64,000 bases of DNA, from the NCBI GenBank assembly GCA_025594325.1, contig JANHCV010000013.1:806001-870000 (forward strand), read 5' to 3'. This document shows, one piece after another, positions 11,282 to 22,377 of the stretch. The position numbers and the translations under genes are program-made. This DNA is from Blastocladiella emersonii ATCC 22665. Its lineage: Eukaryota; Fungi; Blastocladiomycota. Each line of letters starts with the position of its first letter. Positions within the stretch are counted from its first letter, which is position 1. Below the pieces are notes generated by a model, which had not been told where the DNA came from, searched no databases, and saw only the letters and a list, made by a program, of their open reading frames with translations.

Positions 11282-14200
11282 ATGAACTTGACACACGGTT
11301 TCGTGCCCATGCAGACGAGCGCGCCGTTGCTCTACGCGGACCCCGCGAAGCTCTTCAACCCGTACAACAGCTCATGCGCCGCCGACGTCTTTCTCTACCA
11401 CGACGCAGGTATCGATGGCCGCAAGCTTGACGCACTTCTCTGCGGTTTTAATGACCTGCGCTCGGTTGCTCACACGCTTGTGGAGGCCGGGCGCAAGAGT
11501 TCTCGCGCCATGATGTCCCTCACGCTCAACGACCTACACGTGGAGCCGATCGCTTGCTCCCTTCTCATTCTGCATGCTCTCATGTACTCGGGACTGGACC
11601 GCGACACGCTCGATCGTTACGTTGGCCAGCTCTGGTTCTCGGACCTTCTCGAGCAGCAGGCCCTCACATTTTGGTGCGACCAGATGCGCGCTTGCATCAA
11701 GTTTGACTGGCTCTCAGATTCCTCGCGAGTACGAGTTCTCAACGACGCCACCCTTGGCGCGGTGCGCGGCTGCTGGCAATACTGGCTTGACCAGGTTGGC
11801 TCTCAGGCCACGGCCACCGAGGTGTTGAAGAAACGAAAGTCGAATCTGTCAGCTATTGACAGCTCGTACAACTGTGCCGCGGCCAAATCCACCAGCGGAT
11901 CCCCCTGCCGCTGCAAGCAGCGCCACCCAAACCGTTGTGACGAAATGACCCAGGGCTTGTCGGACTTGTTTCTTGTGAGTCAAGTGGATGCGCTGAAACC
12001 GTCGGTCGTCGCCCGCACGCGGTGCGAGCTCCAGAGCCTCGTCGAGGGTGGCGCGTACTTTTGCCAGCCCAGCCGCAGCTTATCTCGAGCCGGGTCCCCG
12101 CCGGCTGGTCTCCAGGACGAGCTGCCAGCCGAAACGATGATGGTGGCGAACCCGACCTTTGTAAGCGCTGGATCGCAGCGACAGTCGGCGCTGGGCCTTC
12201 CGCTTGCTGGCTTCTTTGTCGACGTGAGTCGCGAGCGGATCGAAGCTTCGATGCTTCAGCAACTTCAGGCGTGGCTTCGGGCCCTTCGCGACGCGTTCGC
12301 TCCGAATTCTTCTTCGGCTCACACGGTTACCTTTGTCATCGGCGACGCTGCCCTGGTCATGGAGCAGTTTCTTGCTGACGTCACGCTTCGCTTCGACATG
12401 ATCGACACGTCCAGCTTGTTTGCTCGTTGCGGCGTGCTCAACCTTCTCCTTCATGGTTCTCCGTTGCTCAAACATGGTCACGCAGCCGCAAGCGACCGCT
12501 CGATTCTCCATCTCTACACGCCTGGGATGCTTGGCGCCGGTTTGAAGACTTCGACCGAGTGCCTCGAATGTTTCTTCAACCTTCCAGTCATTTTGATCCC
12601 CGTGCTCTTTGGTGTTGCGATTCTCGATGAAGCCGGTGGCGATTCGGGCCACTGGTTTGGGCGCGTTCAACCCTTTGCCCCTGATGTGCGCAACTCCGAG
12701 GGCATGAGGCGGTATAGCAAGGTTACGCTGTGCAAGCTTCCTGTTCCCAGCGTGCCTGTTTCGATCAATGCTACGGGCGATCTCGGATCCTGTTTTCGCG
12801 TCTTGTACGAGATGGATGGCATTGCTGGGCGCGATAACTTCTCTTTTTGTAACGTATCGTAATCCCGTGCGCGCCCCGTTTGCCAAAAGAGGTTTCGACT
12901 CACACACGTGTCCGCAATGTAGGCGGCCTGATGCAGACGCCCATCACGGGAGTCAAAATTCTCGCGTATGCCATGGCTTCTCGTCGCGTCGTCTGGTCGG
13001 GCGGTGTGCCCTACACTTCGCTTCCCTTCTCGCTGGACGACATGAACTCGATATGGTACGACTACTTCTACCAATCGAGAAGCGTGGGCGACAAGGAACG
13101 ACGCCGCTTCACAAGTTTCCTTGGCTTTGAGCAGGACGGATCACCAAATCGGCGACTCTTTCGCGCGAGTGCGACCTTCACCCTCCTTGGTTCGTTCCGC
13201 GACAAGTTTGCCGTGTGCGCCATTCGCGTTGCGGTGGAGTTCAATTCGGACGACATTGTTTTCGAACAATGTATCAATGTGGTGCACGATCCGGTGCGCG
13301 GCACGGTCCGAGTCTGCTGGGAACTTGGCAAGAAGCTTCCCAAAAACTTTGCCAAATCCAAGTTTTCGCTTCACGCCGTCCCAGCTCTTGATCTCGACGA
13401 CTCGTCCAAGGACGACATGTCTGTGCGCATCAGCAGTCGGCTCCCCTTCGACAAATCCGCCGAACCATTCTCTTCCTCTGCAGTCACGGTTTCTGTGGTG
13501 TCCTTGGCCGACATCCGACTTGGGATCCAAGGGATCGTGGATTACTCTGCTTCTGCTGCCGAGCCCTTGTTGCTCGAGCCGCATCATTTGCCAGTTGTCC
13601 ACCTCGAACACGAGGACAAACGCGACACCACACTCGACTATGCTCGATTTGCAAAGCTTATTCTCCGCGTCCCACGCGGCCACCGCCTGGTCGCGGTTGC
13701 GCCCGCGCCAAAGGGCGACCTGGCGCAGTACCGGGGCGCCATTGCCATCCTTCTTGATGGCAAGCTGCAGACTTTCCGCTTGCCCTACTCGGCGCGCGCG
13801 ACCCGTGCCGATATCAACCGCTTTGCAGGCACCGTGACAGTCACGGTTGAAAAGTTTGCTGCGGCTGTTGCACCCGTACTTGGACTTGGCCCGCTTGCTC
13901 CGCGTTTCGCGTCGATCACCCCTCCCGTCTCCGATTTTCTCCGCCACGTCGCGCTTGGCTCCCTAGGGAACATGTTTACAGCGACTGAACGATTGGCTAT
14001 CCAGGAGGCCAACGTCATGCCGCCTGCCTCATCCTCAGGCGGCGAATGCCCCAGCACGTGGCTCGCGTTTGCTCTCAAGCTTACCATCAACAACTTGTTC
14101 AAATTCGCGTCGACGCACGATCTCCCGAGTGTCGCCAAACTGATCGTGGCGCAGGACGTGATCGCCGTCATCATCGTGCACCGCCTGGTCGTGATTCCGC

Positions 14201-14580
14201 CCCAAGGCAAGTGCCATGGACTTACGCCCGCGCTGGACGTCAGCTACGTGCATGTGCCGCTGGTGCCGTGGTTCGCGACGCCGGCCGTGCGTTCGGACGC
14301 GGAGCGAATGCGCGCGCTCATCGCGAACGCGGAACAGGTCTGCTCGCAGCAGTTCAAGGCCTACGAGTGCTTGAGCGCAGGCGCAGGCGTGATCAGCGAG
14401 TACCTTGATTTCGGTCACATGGCGGCTGTCGACCGCTCGCCGCCTGACTCCTTGCCTGTGGAGCCGGACGCCAAGCCGGGCGTCGCAGCGGCGGCAGCGG
14501 TGCAGAGCTGCCTCGACTCGGAGCTTAAGCGGGCGGTCCTGCTGCCGCTCTACCCGACGTTTTCGCTGAGTAATGAGTAA
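11282..14580 (+). CDS. DUF4470-family protein copy 1, intact, ~1074 aa; intron 12849-12922
   Basis: Motifs ALLCGFNDLRSV, LTLND..VEPIACSLLILH and FDMIDTSSL. A phase-1 intron (GTAACG..TAG) fuses ORFs 11282 and 12880 in frame. Confidence 0.85.
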
Positions 14581-14798
14581 ATCAAAATTGATGGCAAGTG
14601 TTGGTGATTCAGCTGCACTTGAATAGATGACCGTCTATGAGGTCGATTTGGACGAAGCGGGCGGATGGCGCCGGGGGCGACGCGTTGCGCCACGGTGATA
14701 GTAGTGGCAGGTCAACGGCGTGGTGTGGCGTGCGCCCCACCCGCTCAAAACTTCGCGCCGGTGGTCGACCCCGATCCGGCCTTCCCGCACCCGCAACC

Positions 14799-15420
14799 AT
14801 GAAGGCAAAGAAGAAGATGAAAAAGCCCGCAACTGGCGGCAATACATCGCCCAGCACTAGAACTCATGCTATTTTGGACGAGCAACCCGTGGCGCCGATC
14901 CCGCCAATGCTGACGTGCCGCGCGCCGTACCGCAGCACCCACGTTCTTCGCTACCGTCCTTTTCGCGCCTATCCGCCGCGCGACCTTTTTCTGTACCACG
15001 ACTCTTGCTCGTGTACCTGTCACGGCGCAGCGTGACAGGTGTGGCGCGTCGCGTTCACGCGCGGCGTGGCGCGACTTGCCGATCCAGGATTCCCCGCTCC
15101 CCGTTCACTGTTGTCCCCATTTCAGCGTGGAGTGCGGTGCAGCCGGCTCTCGCTCTCCACGGAACAAGATCATTTATCACGCGATTAATTGCGCCTCGTG
15201 TTCATCAACCCGCCCCTGGTCCCTCGTCTTTACAGTACCGAGCTGAAAGCGCTCCTGTGCGGCTGCGGCGCCTTGGCCGAGGTCGCTCGGCCCGTGTGCG
15301 AGGCGGCAGCCAAGGGTGCCACGGCAACTCTCTCATTTTCTCTCAACGACTGGCAGCCGGAGGTGCTCGCGCGCAACTTGCTTATCCTGCACGCCATCGC
15401 TCCAGGAGGCCGCATGAAAA
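14799..15420 (+). pseudogene. DUF4470 5' fragment (copy 2), closest to the copy at 24521; ~220-nt interruption after YHD; homology lost after HAIAP
   Basis: MKAKKKMKKPATGG..FRAYPPRDLFLYHD, then ALLCGCGALAEV..LNDWQPEVLARNLLILH in another frame. Confidence 0.8.
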
Positions 15421-15867
15421 TGATGAGGAAAATTTGTCTCGCTATGACTCAGCAAATGTCTGTACTTCGCCTCCCAGCGCAGGCCGGTACCGCCTTTGGT
15501 CGAGTGACTTTTGTGAACTTGGGCGAGAAGCTAGTGCCCAAAAGCGGCATTTCACCATCGGACACGGCCCAGGTCTTGGTGCGGGCGCTTGTAAAGCACG
15601 TTTTGCTTCTTCCCGCGTACCCAGTCGGCGGCAGCGGGTTAGACGAGCTGGGTCCTGCGCTTTCAGCCCGCCACCCGAGGACGAGGTGATCTCATTTGTT
15701 GTTTAAATCAATGTCGTTTGTTCGGTTCCACAAGAAAGACCTTTCTTTTAAAACTCTGACTGCACCGTCCTTGAAACGCGAGCGACGACCCTCAGTTACT
15801 TGTTTCTGCGACCGTAAGGACTAGATGGGTAAGCGAGAAAGCGGAAAGTCGGTCAGCGAGACACGGC

Positions 15868-15891
15868 GAGACGCGTCGCAATATCATGTGA
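15868..15891 (+). promoter_or_regulatory. Composite motif copy (GAGACGCGTCG-CAATA-TCATGTGA) facing the 3' end of the 15966 ORF
   Basis: Direct sequence match to the consensus. Confidence 0.6.
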
Positions 15892-15965
15892 GTGGCGTCA
15901 CGCGTGCCGCGACAGGCAGTTGTGCGATGTGGCCCTCCAAAAACACGGAGATCAAAGAATTTAAT

Positions 15966-17465
15966 TTAGTTTGATGGGACCCGCGAGTCCTTTGGCAGCC
16001 TCCTCACGTGGTCCCACATCGGCGCAAGATGAGTGTTGAACATGCTCATTGGCATTTCAGCAAACGCTTCGAGGCACGCAGCCATGTCTTGCATGGACTT
16101 TGCGTGGGACTGAGACTTGCACTTGGGCCGGGCGGAGGTGCCCAACGCGGCGTACTGGCGACAAAGGGCGGCGAGAGTCTCGTGTGAAGTGTCGGTCCCT
16201 ATGACGGGAAATTGCTGAATGAGTCGCAGTCCAGCAAGTACTAAACTCGAAACGCGCCCGACGTCGGCAGCACGGCCGCAGGAGACGAGCGAGTGTAGGT
16301 GTGCGAGGCGCCGCAGCGAGTGGAACCGGTCGCAGTAAGCACACGGAGCTCGAGTTGCGCGCGTCAGCATTGGATCGTCGTCGCCTAACTGGGCCGCGCC
16401 ATCTGGCGGCGATGCGCGGGTGCTGCGGCTACGACTGCGTGAAGTGCTCGCAGCTTGGCTCCGGGGCGCGGGTGAGCGCGAGCGGCGCCTCTTCGCTTGC
16501 CGCGAGTTCAAGTCGGAGCCCGCTGCTGCAGGAAAGCGCAATTTACCAAGTCGCTCTGCAATGTCCGCCACCGAATATTGCGAGTTATTGACAAGTAATG
16601 CAAGTTTCGGATCGCGCGCTTCGTGTAGCACCGAGATTCTATCAAGGAACAGTTGCTTTACGTGAGCTGCACTGAGCAAGTTGATTGTGTTTGCCAACGT
16701 TCGAAAGATGGCCCATGTCCGCTGGAAGTAAGAATCGACCAACGAGCCGGGAGCTGGTACGTGGTCCACCCAGCGCTGTACCCACGCTGGACGATTCGCC
16801 AAGTCAAGCGCAAGAAGGAACTGCCGCTCCGCAACCGAATCGGACAAGGCGGGAAAAACGAGCATGGAAAACGCGAGGTAGTCGGTACGTGGGACGTTTT
16901 CTTTGGAAGCTAATAACGCACGCGCGAGTTGACCCGCTGGAACGAGAGCGCGCAAGCGGTCAACGAAATCGCATGGGGAATCGGTGGACCACAGCCCGTG
17001 CGGAGCTGAAAGACGAAGGAGCGGGCCATGCAACTGCACCAGCTCGTCAAGCCTGAGATCTTTGGCATTCGGATGTACTGGTGGTGAGCTAAGCCAATGC
17101 GCAGACTTTGACCGGCCGTTGTTTGCCGGCTCGAGCGAAGCGTCGGACAAGGGTCCCAACACGTGTAATCCGGAGTCTAAGTCACGGCAAAGCCGTTCAA
17201 GCTCAGCGACTCGCTGAGCCGGGCCTGCAACTACTGCACTGACATGTGAATCGGCTCTAAATCTTTGCCGCTCGACGAGGGTCGCTCGTATCAGGGCCAC
17301 GCGGGCATCCATAAGACTGCAAGTGGCGCCCTGCAAGAGGTCGGAGCGCTCCTCGGGCGAAGGGGGGAGGCGCCTGTCATGTGCGTAACGGTGCATGGTG
17401 GCCGTGGCGCGCGCAAGATCCTGACTGATCGTACAAGCAGGATCGATCTCGTTGCATGGAGTCAT
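15966..17465 (-). CDS. Hypothetical 499-aa protein with weak gag-like features
   Basis: Long single-exon ORF with lower GC3; basic RS-rich linker followed by an incomplete knuckle, CAYCDRFH. Confidence 0.5.
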   Translation of the reverse strand: MTPCNEIDPACTISQDLARATATMHRYAHDRRLPPSPEERSDLLQGATCSLMDARVALIRATLVERQRFRADSHVSAVVAGPAQRVAELERLCRDLDSGLHVLGPLSDASLEPANNGRSKSAHWLSSPPVHPNAKDLRLDELVQLHGPLLRLSAPHGLWSTDSPCDFVDRLRALVPAGQLARALLASKENVPRTDYLAFSMLVFPALSDSVAERQFLLALDLANRPAWVQRWVDHVPAPGSLVDSYFQRTWAIFRTLANTINLLSAAHVKQLFLDRISVLHEARDPKLALLVNNSQYSVADIAERLGKLRFPAAAGSDLNSRQAKRRRSRSPAPRSQAASTSRSRSRSTRASPPDGAAQLGDDDPMLTRATRAPCAYCDRFHSLRRLAHLHSLVSCGRAADVGRVSSLVLAGLRLIQQFPVIGTDTSHETLAALCRQYAALGTSARPKCKSQSHAKSMQDMAACLEAFAEMPMSMFNTHLAPMWDHVRRLPKDSRVPSN

Positions 17466-17645
17466 AGCAGATACATGGGGAGTTCCATAGAGGTATCAGT
17501 GGAAGAAGCAGTGGGCGCTGGAGCACAGTTGTCTCACCTCGCGACTCTCGACCACGTGTGACGCGCGAGAGCACAAAACGCGGCGGCGGCGTTCGCTCTA
17601 CTCTCCCCCTGCTCTCGGGTCCCTTCACCACACGCGCTCTCTACC

Positions 17646-18960
17646 ATGAAACATAACGTATCAAGCTCCGACACTATGCAACGCTTGCCTTATGAGCTGG
17701 TCGAGAACATACTGGTGTGGGCCATCCGCGTCGACCCGCGCGGCACCGACCCGCTTCCCCTCATACTTGTCTCTCGCGCAAGCGTTTCTCTGGTTCGCGA
17801 GGCCGCCCTTCGGTGGTCGCTTCACGATCGTTTCCAGCGCGCACTCCAACAGAGCCGGCAGACGCTTCGCGACGTTCTCATCCGTGCTCGCCGCGCCCAA
17901 CCGCCCGAGGAGTCCAACCAGATCCGCTTCTATCTCTCGATGCTCTGCGTTGAGGGCCGCCTCGATCTTTTGCAGGGGTGGATCGATGCGGGCTTTCACG
18001 TTCCGAGCTCAACGGACTACATCGACCTCGCTTCAGTCAATGGCCACGTTGACGTGCTTCAGTGGCTGGTTGACCACGTCGCGCCCATTGAATGCACCGA
18101 ACGCGCCGTTGAGGAGGCCGCGCGCGTGGGGGCGTGTCTCTCGCTCGAGTGGTGGGCTCACGGCGACCTCGACATCAAGGCGTCGCCGCGGATCTGTAAC
18201 GAAGCCATCGAGCGTGACAATGCGGGGATTCTCGCGCTTCTTGACGAGTGCGGTCTCAGACCGGCAATCGACCTGGGCGACGACTGCGACCTCGTCGACA
18301 TGGCGATTGTCGCGGGGAGCTTCAAGGTTGTAAAGGAGCACGATCCCGACGATGACGCATCAGAGTGCGCGAACTGGAAGCGGATCTTGCCTCGCATCGT
18401 CGACGACGAGAACATCAAGGTGCTAGTCTGGGTGCACAAGCTGCCTGTTCGTACTATCTCCCCGCTCTGCACGAATACTTTGATTCCAGCTACAGCTTCG
18501 AGTACGATATTCCTGCCGAGCTGGTACAGTGCGAAGAGCAACTTCGTGCGGCCGGTTTGTGACGCCCGGAAGAACCGGTTTTGGGCCCATTGGTACTGCC
18601 AACGAGCTCTTCGAGGACGACTACAGCGAGCGCGAGACGCACTTGTGCGAGTGTTCGCACGAGGGCCACTCGCCTTGGATCGCCGCGCTTGCCTACGCGA
18701 ACCGCAAGAGCAAGTTTCGCGTGCTCGAATGGCTCTCAAACGTCCTTTCAACGCACAAGTTCGAGTGCCCGATCGAGTGGCTCGGCGTCACCGCGGGAGA
18801 TGACGAAGACGAAGTCCTAGAGCGGCTCGAGTGGTGGAGGAACTCGGAAGTCGAGCTGCCTTGCACGGCGGCTCCGTGGGCGGTCCAGCGTGCGGCCGAG
18901 CTTGGGTTCGAGTGCGTTGTCGCGTGGTGGCGCGAGTCTGGCCTGCTTCCTCACGGCTGA
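17646..18960 (+). pseudogene. F-box-like plus ankyrin-like repeat gene broken over three frames (pseudogene or unresolved introns)
   Basis: N-terminal LPYELVENIL; repeats ASVNGHVDVLQWL, AARVGACLSLEWW and AAELGFECVVAWW in different frames. Confidence 0.7.
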
Positions 18961-19266
18961 CATTCTTTCGTGCTCGAGCTCGAATACGCATTGATATATC
19001 ACGTTTCTACCCGCTCAACGTTGCCGCAGACTCCTCGCGAGCGGCTGCTCGACCCGCGAGGCTTGCGCAGGTTAGTCTCGTTGCCAGACCGTATTGTCGC
19101 GGGGAGCGGCGGGATGCCTGCAGTGGGCCGAGGCGGCCCTACCCAGCGCCTGCTGACCCGCGACGTACCCACGGTCGGCCGGCCGAGGTCATTCCTCTGA
19201 ATGCCCGAGGCCACCCACGCCGACCATGTGGCCGTAGAGTCTGGCACCGAGACTATGCGCAGGTGC

Positions 19267-19290
19267 GAGACGCGTCGATGTATCATGTGA
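19267..19290 (+). promoter_or_regulatory. Composite motif copy (GAGACGCGTCG-ATGTA-TCATGTGA), ~100 nt upstream of the MULE-derived gene
   Basis: Direct sequence match; flanks unrelated to the DUF4470 promoters. Confidence 0.7.
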
Positions 19291-19390
19291 CGTGAGGAAA
19301 TGGGAGCGCTCACGAAGCCGGCCGACCGCTCGCTGCTCTCCTCCGTCCCACCCTTAAACGCCATGAAATCTTGCCGCAACTCCCAGCAAC

Positions 19391-22100
19391 ATGAGCGCTG
19401 AGGCCAATGCTATCAAGTACAAGCCCGATTTCGAGCTACCGACCGACGCCTACCGCGACGACGTCTCGGGCGGGCAGCGGTTCAGCGACTTCCACGCCGC
19501 CAGCCGCGCCATCGACCGTATGTCGGCGACAACTGGCTACGGCTACGTGAACAAGAAGGGATGTAACAGTGGCTGGCGCGGCTACATGTATGCATCCGCA
19601 GCGGACCTCCTCGCGCGAGCCACCATCCCCGCTCACTCGTTGAGCGACGTAGCTGCTGCACTGCCGCCAAAGCCAGCGAGCCCGACGCGTGCCCGTTCCA
19701 GGTTATCGTCGTGAAGCACAAAATGGGCTTCGTCTACGTGCGGCGGCTCACCGCGGCGCACACGTGCAGCCTCGAAGACCACGTTGGAAAGACGGCCGCC
19801 TCGCGAACGCGGTTCCTCGTGAATCAGGCTGCCGACCTCGCGCGGGGCAACCCCATGGCACTGCATTTCGCCGCGTCGGACGTGATTGCGGATGCCGAGA
19901 CGGCGTTCGGCGCGCACGTCACGCAGCGCACGGCGGGCCGAGTCGCTGCTGCCGCGCGGGAACTCGCGTTCGGTAACGAGGTCGAGTCGTTCCAGAAGGT
20001 CCGTCTCCTCGTTTCTCGATTGACACACGCGGGCGACTAACGAACCTTGTCCGTCTTGTCAGATACCTTCCTTCTTCGAGGCCATCCACGCAGACGACCC
20101 GCACGCCAAGACGGCGATGCACCTACACCCGGAAACGGGCGAGTTCATGCGCGCAGCCGTCTGCACCGGCACCATGCGCGTCACGGCCAACCACTGCCTT
20201 CCTCTTGTCGGGCTCGACGGAACTGCAACAACGAGTACGCGTTTCCGTCCTCTTCGTTGTGACTCGCCACTCACGCCCGCGAACGCACGTAGCCAAGCAC
20301 ACCTCGACGCTTCTGCTTGCTGGCGTGCTCGACGCTCAAAACCAACTGAACCTCATCGGCATCGCCATCGTCGAGTCCGAGTCGGCGGCCTCGTGGACGT
20401 GGTTCTGCGAGTTCCTCAAGGACGCGCACGAGCGGCTCGACCAGCGACACTTCTCTTTTGTCACGGACGACGCCGACAGGCTCGGCGACGCCGTCGCTGC
20501 CCTGTTCCCCAACGGAATACACCGCACCTTTCTCGAGCTGCGCACGCCTACAACGCTTCCGAGCAACGACGACGCGCTCTATGCCAACATGGTGCAGGCG
20601 TTGCCCGGGCTTCGCGGCGAGTCGGCGCCCGATGACACGAGCGGTACGCTCTTCCTTACTTGCGCCGCCGCGCACGCGACTCGTCTCACAATCTCGTGTA
20701 GTCGAGCTGTGGAACGGGGCCATTAACGAGGCATGCCGACTTCCCGTGATTCCCATGTTCAGGAAAGTCCTGGATACGCTCTCGAACATAGTCGTGCCGC
20801 GGTTCCGCGAGTTCCTGCGGCAACATGGCAACATGGACGGTGCCGACGCCGCCGCGCTGGCTCGCCCGCTTCCCAAAGTCGCTGATCGCATCCGCCGCGC
20901 AATCGCCGCCGCCGCGGACTTGACGGTGGTGCCGCGCTCGCCGCACGTGTCCAGCGTCACGGACCCAGAGACTGGTATCGTGTTTCACGTCAACCTCGCG
21001 ACCCGCACGTGCAGCGGCGGCTGCTTCGACTGGTGCGTCTTCGGCGTGCCGTGCAGCCACGCGGTCGCGCACATGCGGTGCGACGCCTTCGACGTGGACC
21101 CTGAGTCGGTGCTTGACAAGTGCATGACGATCGGCGCGTGCGTGCTCTCCTGACTGCATCCGTTCTCGCACGGCGACTAACACGCTCATGAACGCGCCGT
21201 AGGTACAAGGCCATGTACGAGCGGACAATCACCCGCATCAACACGAGCGGCCTGGTTGCCGACCCGGCGATCCTGCCGCCGTCTTCGGTGCGCGGCCGCG
21301 GTCGACCGCGCGGCCCGAAGTCCGCCAAGGGCAACGCACCGCGACAGCACCATTGCTCCAACTGCGGCGATCCCGGGCACAACCGCACCAGGTGCAAAAA
21401 GCCGCCGCGCGCCGAGGTCCCCGCGTCAATCACCACAACGCGGCGGACAGCCGGATCGGCGGGTGTGGCACCCTGCGCGATCGTCTCGACACGGGCCGCG
21501 GAGCTGGCGCGCGATGACGCGATCGCGGCCGCGGCCGTAGCCGCGGCTTCGACTGCTGACTCTACGGGCGTGTCCGCGGCAAGGCCAAGTACGGGTCCCG
21601 CATCGCCGGAACCTACCGCAGGCTCGATCGCAGCCAGTGCGGCGGGATTAGCCGCCGCCAGATCGCCGAGGACGAGTACCGCGAGCGTGTCGCCGGCGAC
21701 TTCGACTCTCTCGACAGATGCCGCAACGAGTGACGCAGCGTTTCCAACACCAACTGCGCCGTCGCCCGTGTCATCGGCCGCCCAGGCCGCCCCACTAGGG
21801 CACACGAGCGGCCATCCGAGCGCAGCGGCCCCGGCTCCGATCCCAGCGCATGTCGGACCGCACGGTGGATTCGCTGTGGCGTGGCCAGGAGCCTTCGCGT
21901 ACTCGGCACCCTACGCGCCGCATGCGCCCACCGTACCCGTACCCGTACCCTCACCCCCGCGCCCACCCACACCCCTATCACCCGCCGCCATACTGGTACC
22001 CTCGCCCGGCGTACGCTCCCCCGCCGCCTCCCGTCGCGATCCATGCCGCTCCTCCGCCGGCGCAGTCTCTCCGCTCGGTTCCGCCGACAGAAACGCGTAG
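19391..22100 (+). CDS. Mutator-like (MULE) transposase-derived protein, ~799 aa; introns 19588-19652, 19999-20062, 20235-20292, 20644-20701, 21138-21202
   Basis: MuDR-type N-terminus GQRFSDF; WRKY-like C..CPF..HTC; acidic triad LDGT / VTD / VELWN; SWIM finger CSGGC..PCSH; AT-hook RGRPR; knuckle CSNCGDPGHNRTRC. All five GT-AG introns keep the frame. Confidence 0.88.
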
Positions 22101-22377
22101 CACGACCCCGCCGTCGTCGCGAAAGTAATACAGCAGGTTTGACCCTTACCCACGAATGAGTGCGCCGCCCTGATCCTACCCGATCGGCAGTAACCGGGTG
22201 AGGGCGCGTCGATTTGGTGGGAGAAAGCGCGTCGCGCCACACATGGCGTGCCACGTGGGCGGGAATCGACGCGTCGCCCGATCCGAATGGTTTCCAGCTC
22301 GTCCTCTCTCGACCGCGAGCGAACACAAGGCCATGTCTAAGCTCATGCAACGCTAGCTTCCAATCGACTTGCTGACC

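Noticed and set aside
12862-12929. Operon-like or bacterial two-gene module suggested by closely spaced DUF4470 ORF pairs
   Set aside because: A conserved phase-1 GT-AG intron joins each pair in frame in all four copies that span the junction.
15700-17640. Full LTR retrotransposon around the gag-like ORF
   Set aside because: No protease, RT or integrase and no direct terminal repeats detected.
19000-22370. Active autonomous MULE with long TIRs
   Set aside because: No inverted termini or TSD visible by eye; C/DxxH motif missing.
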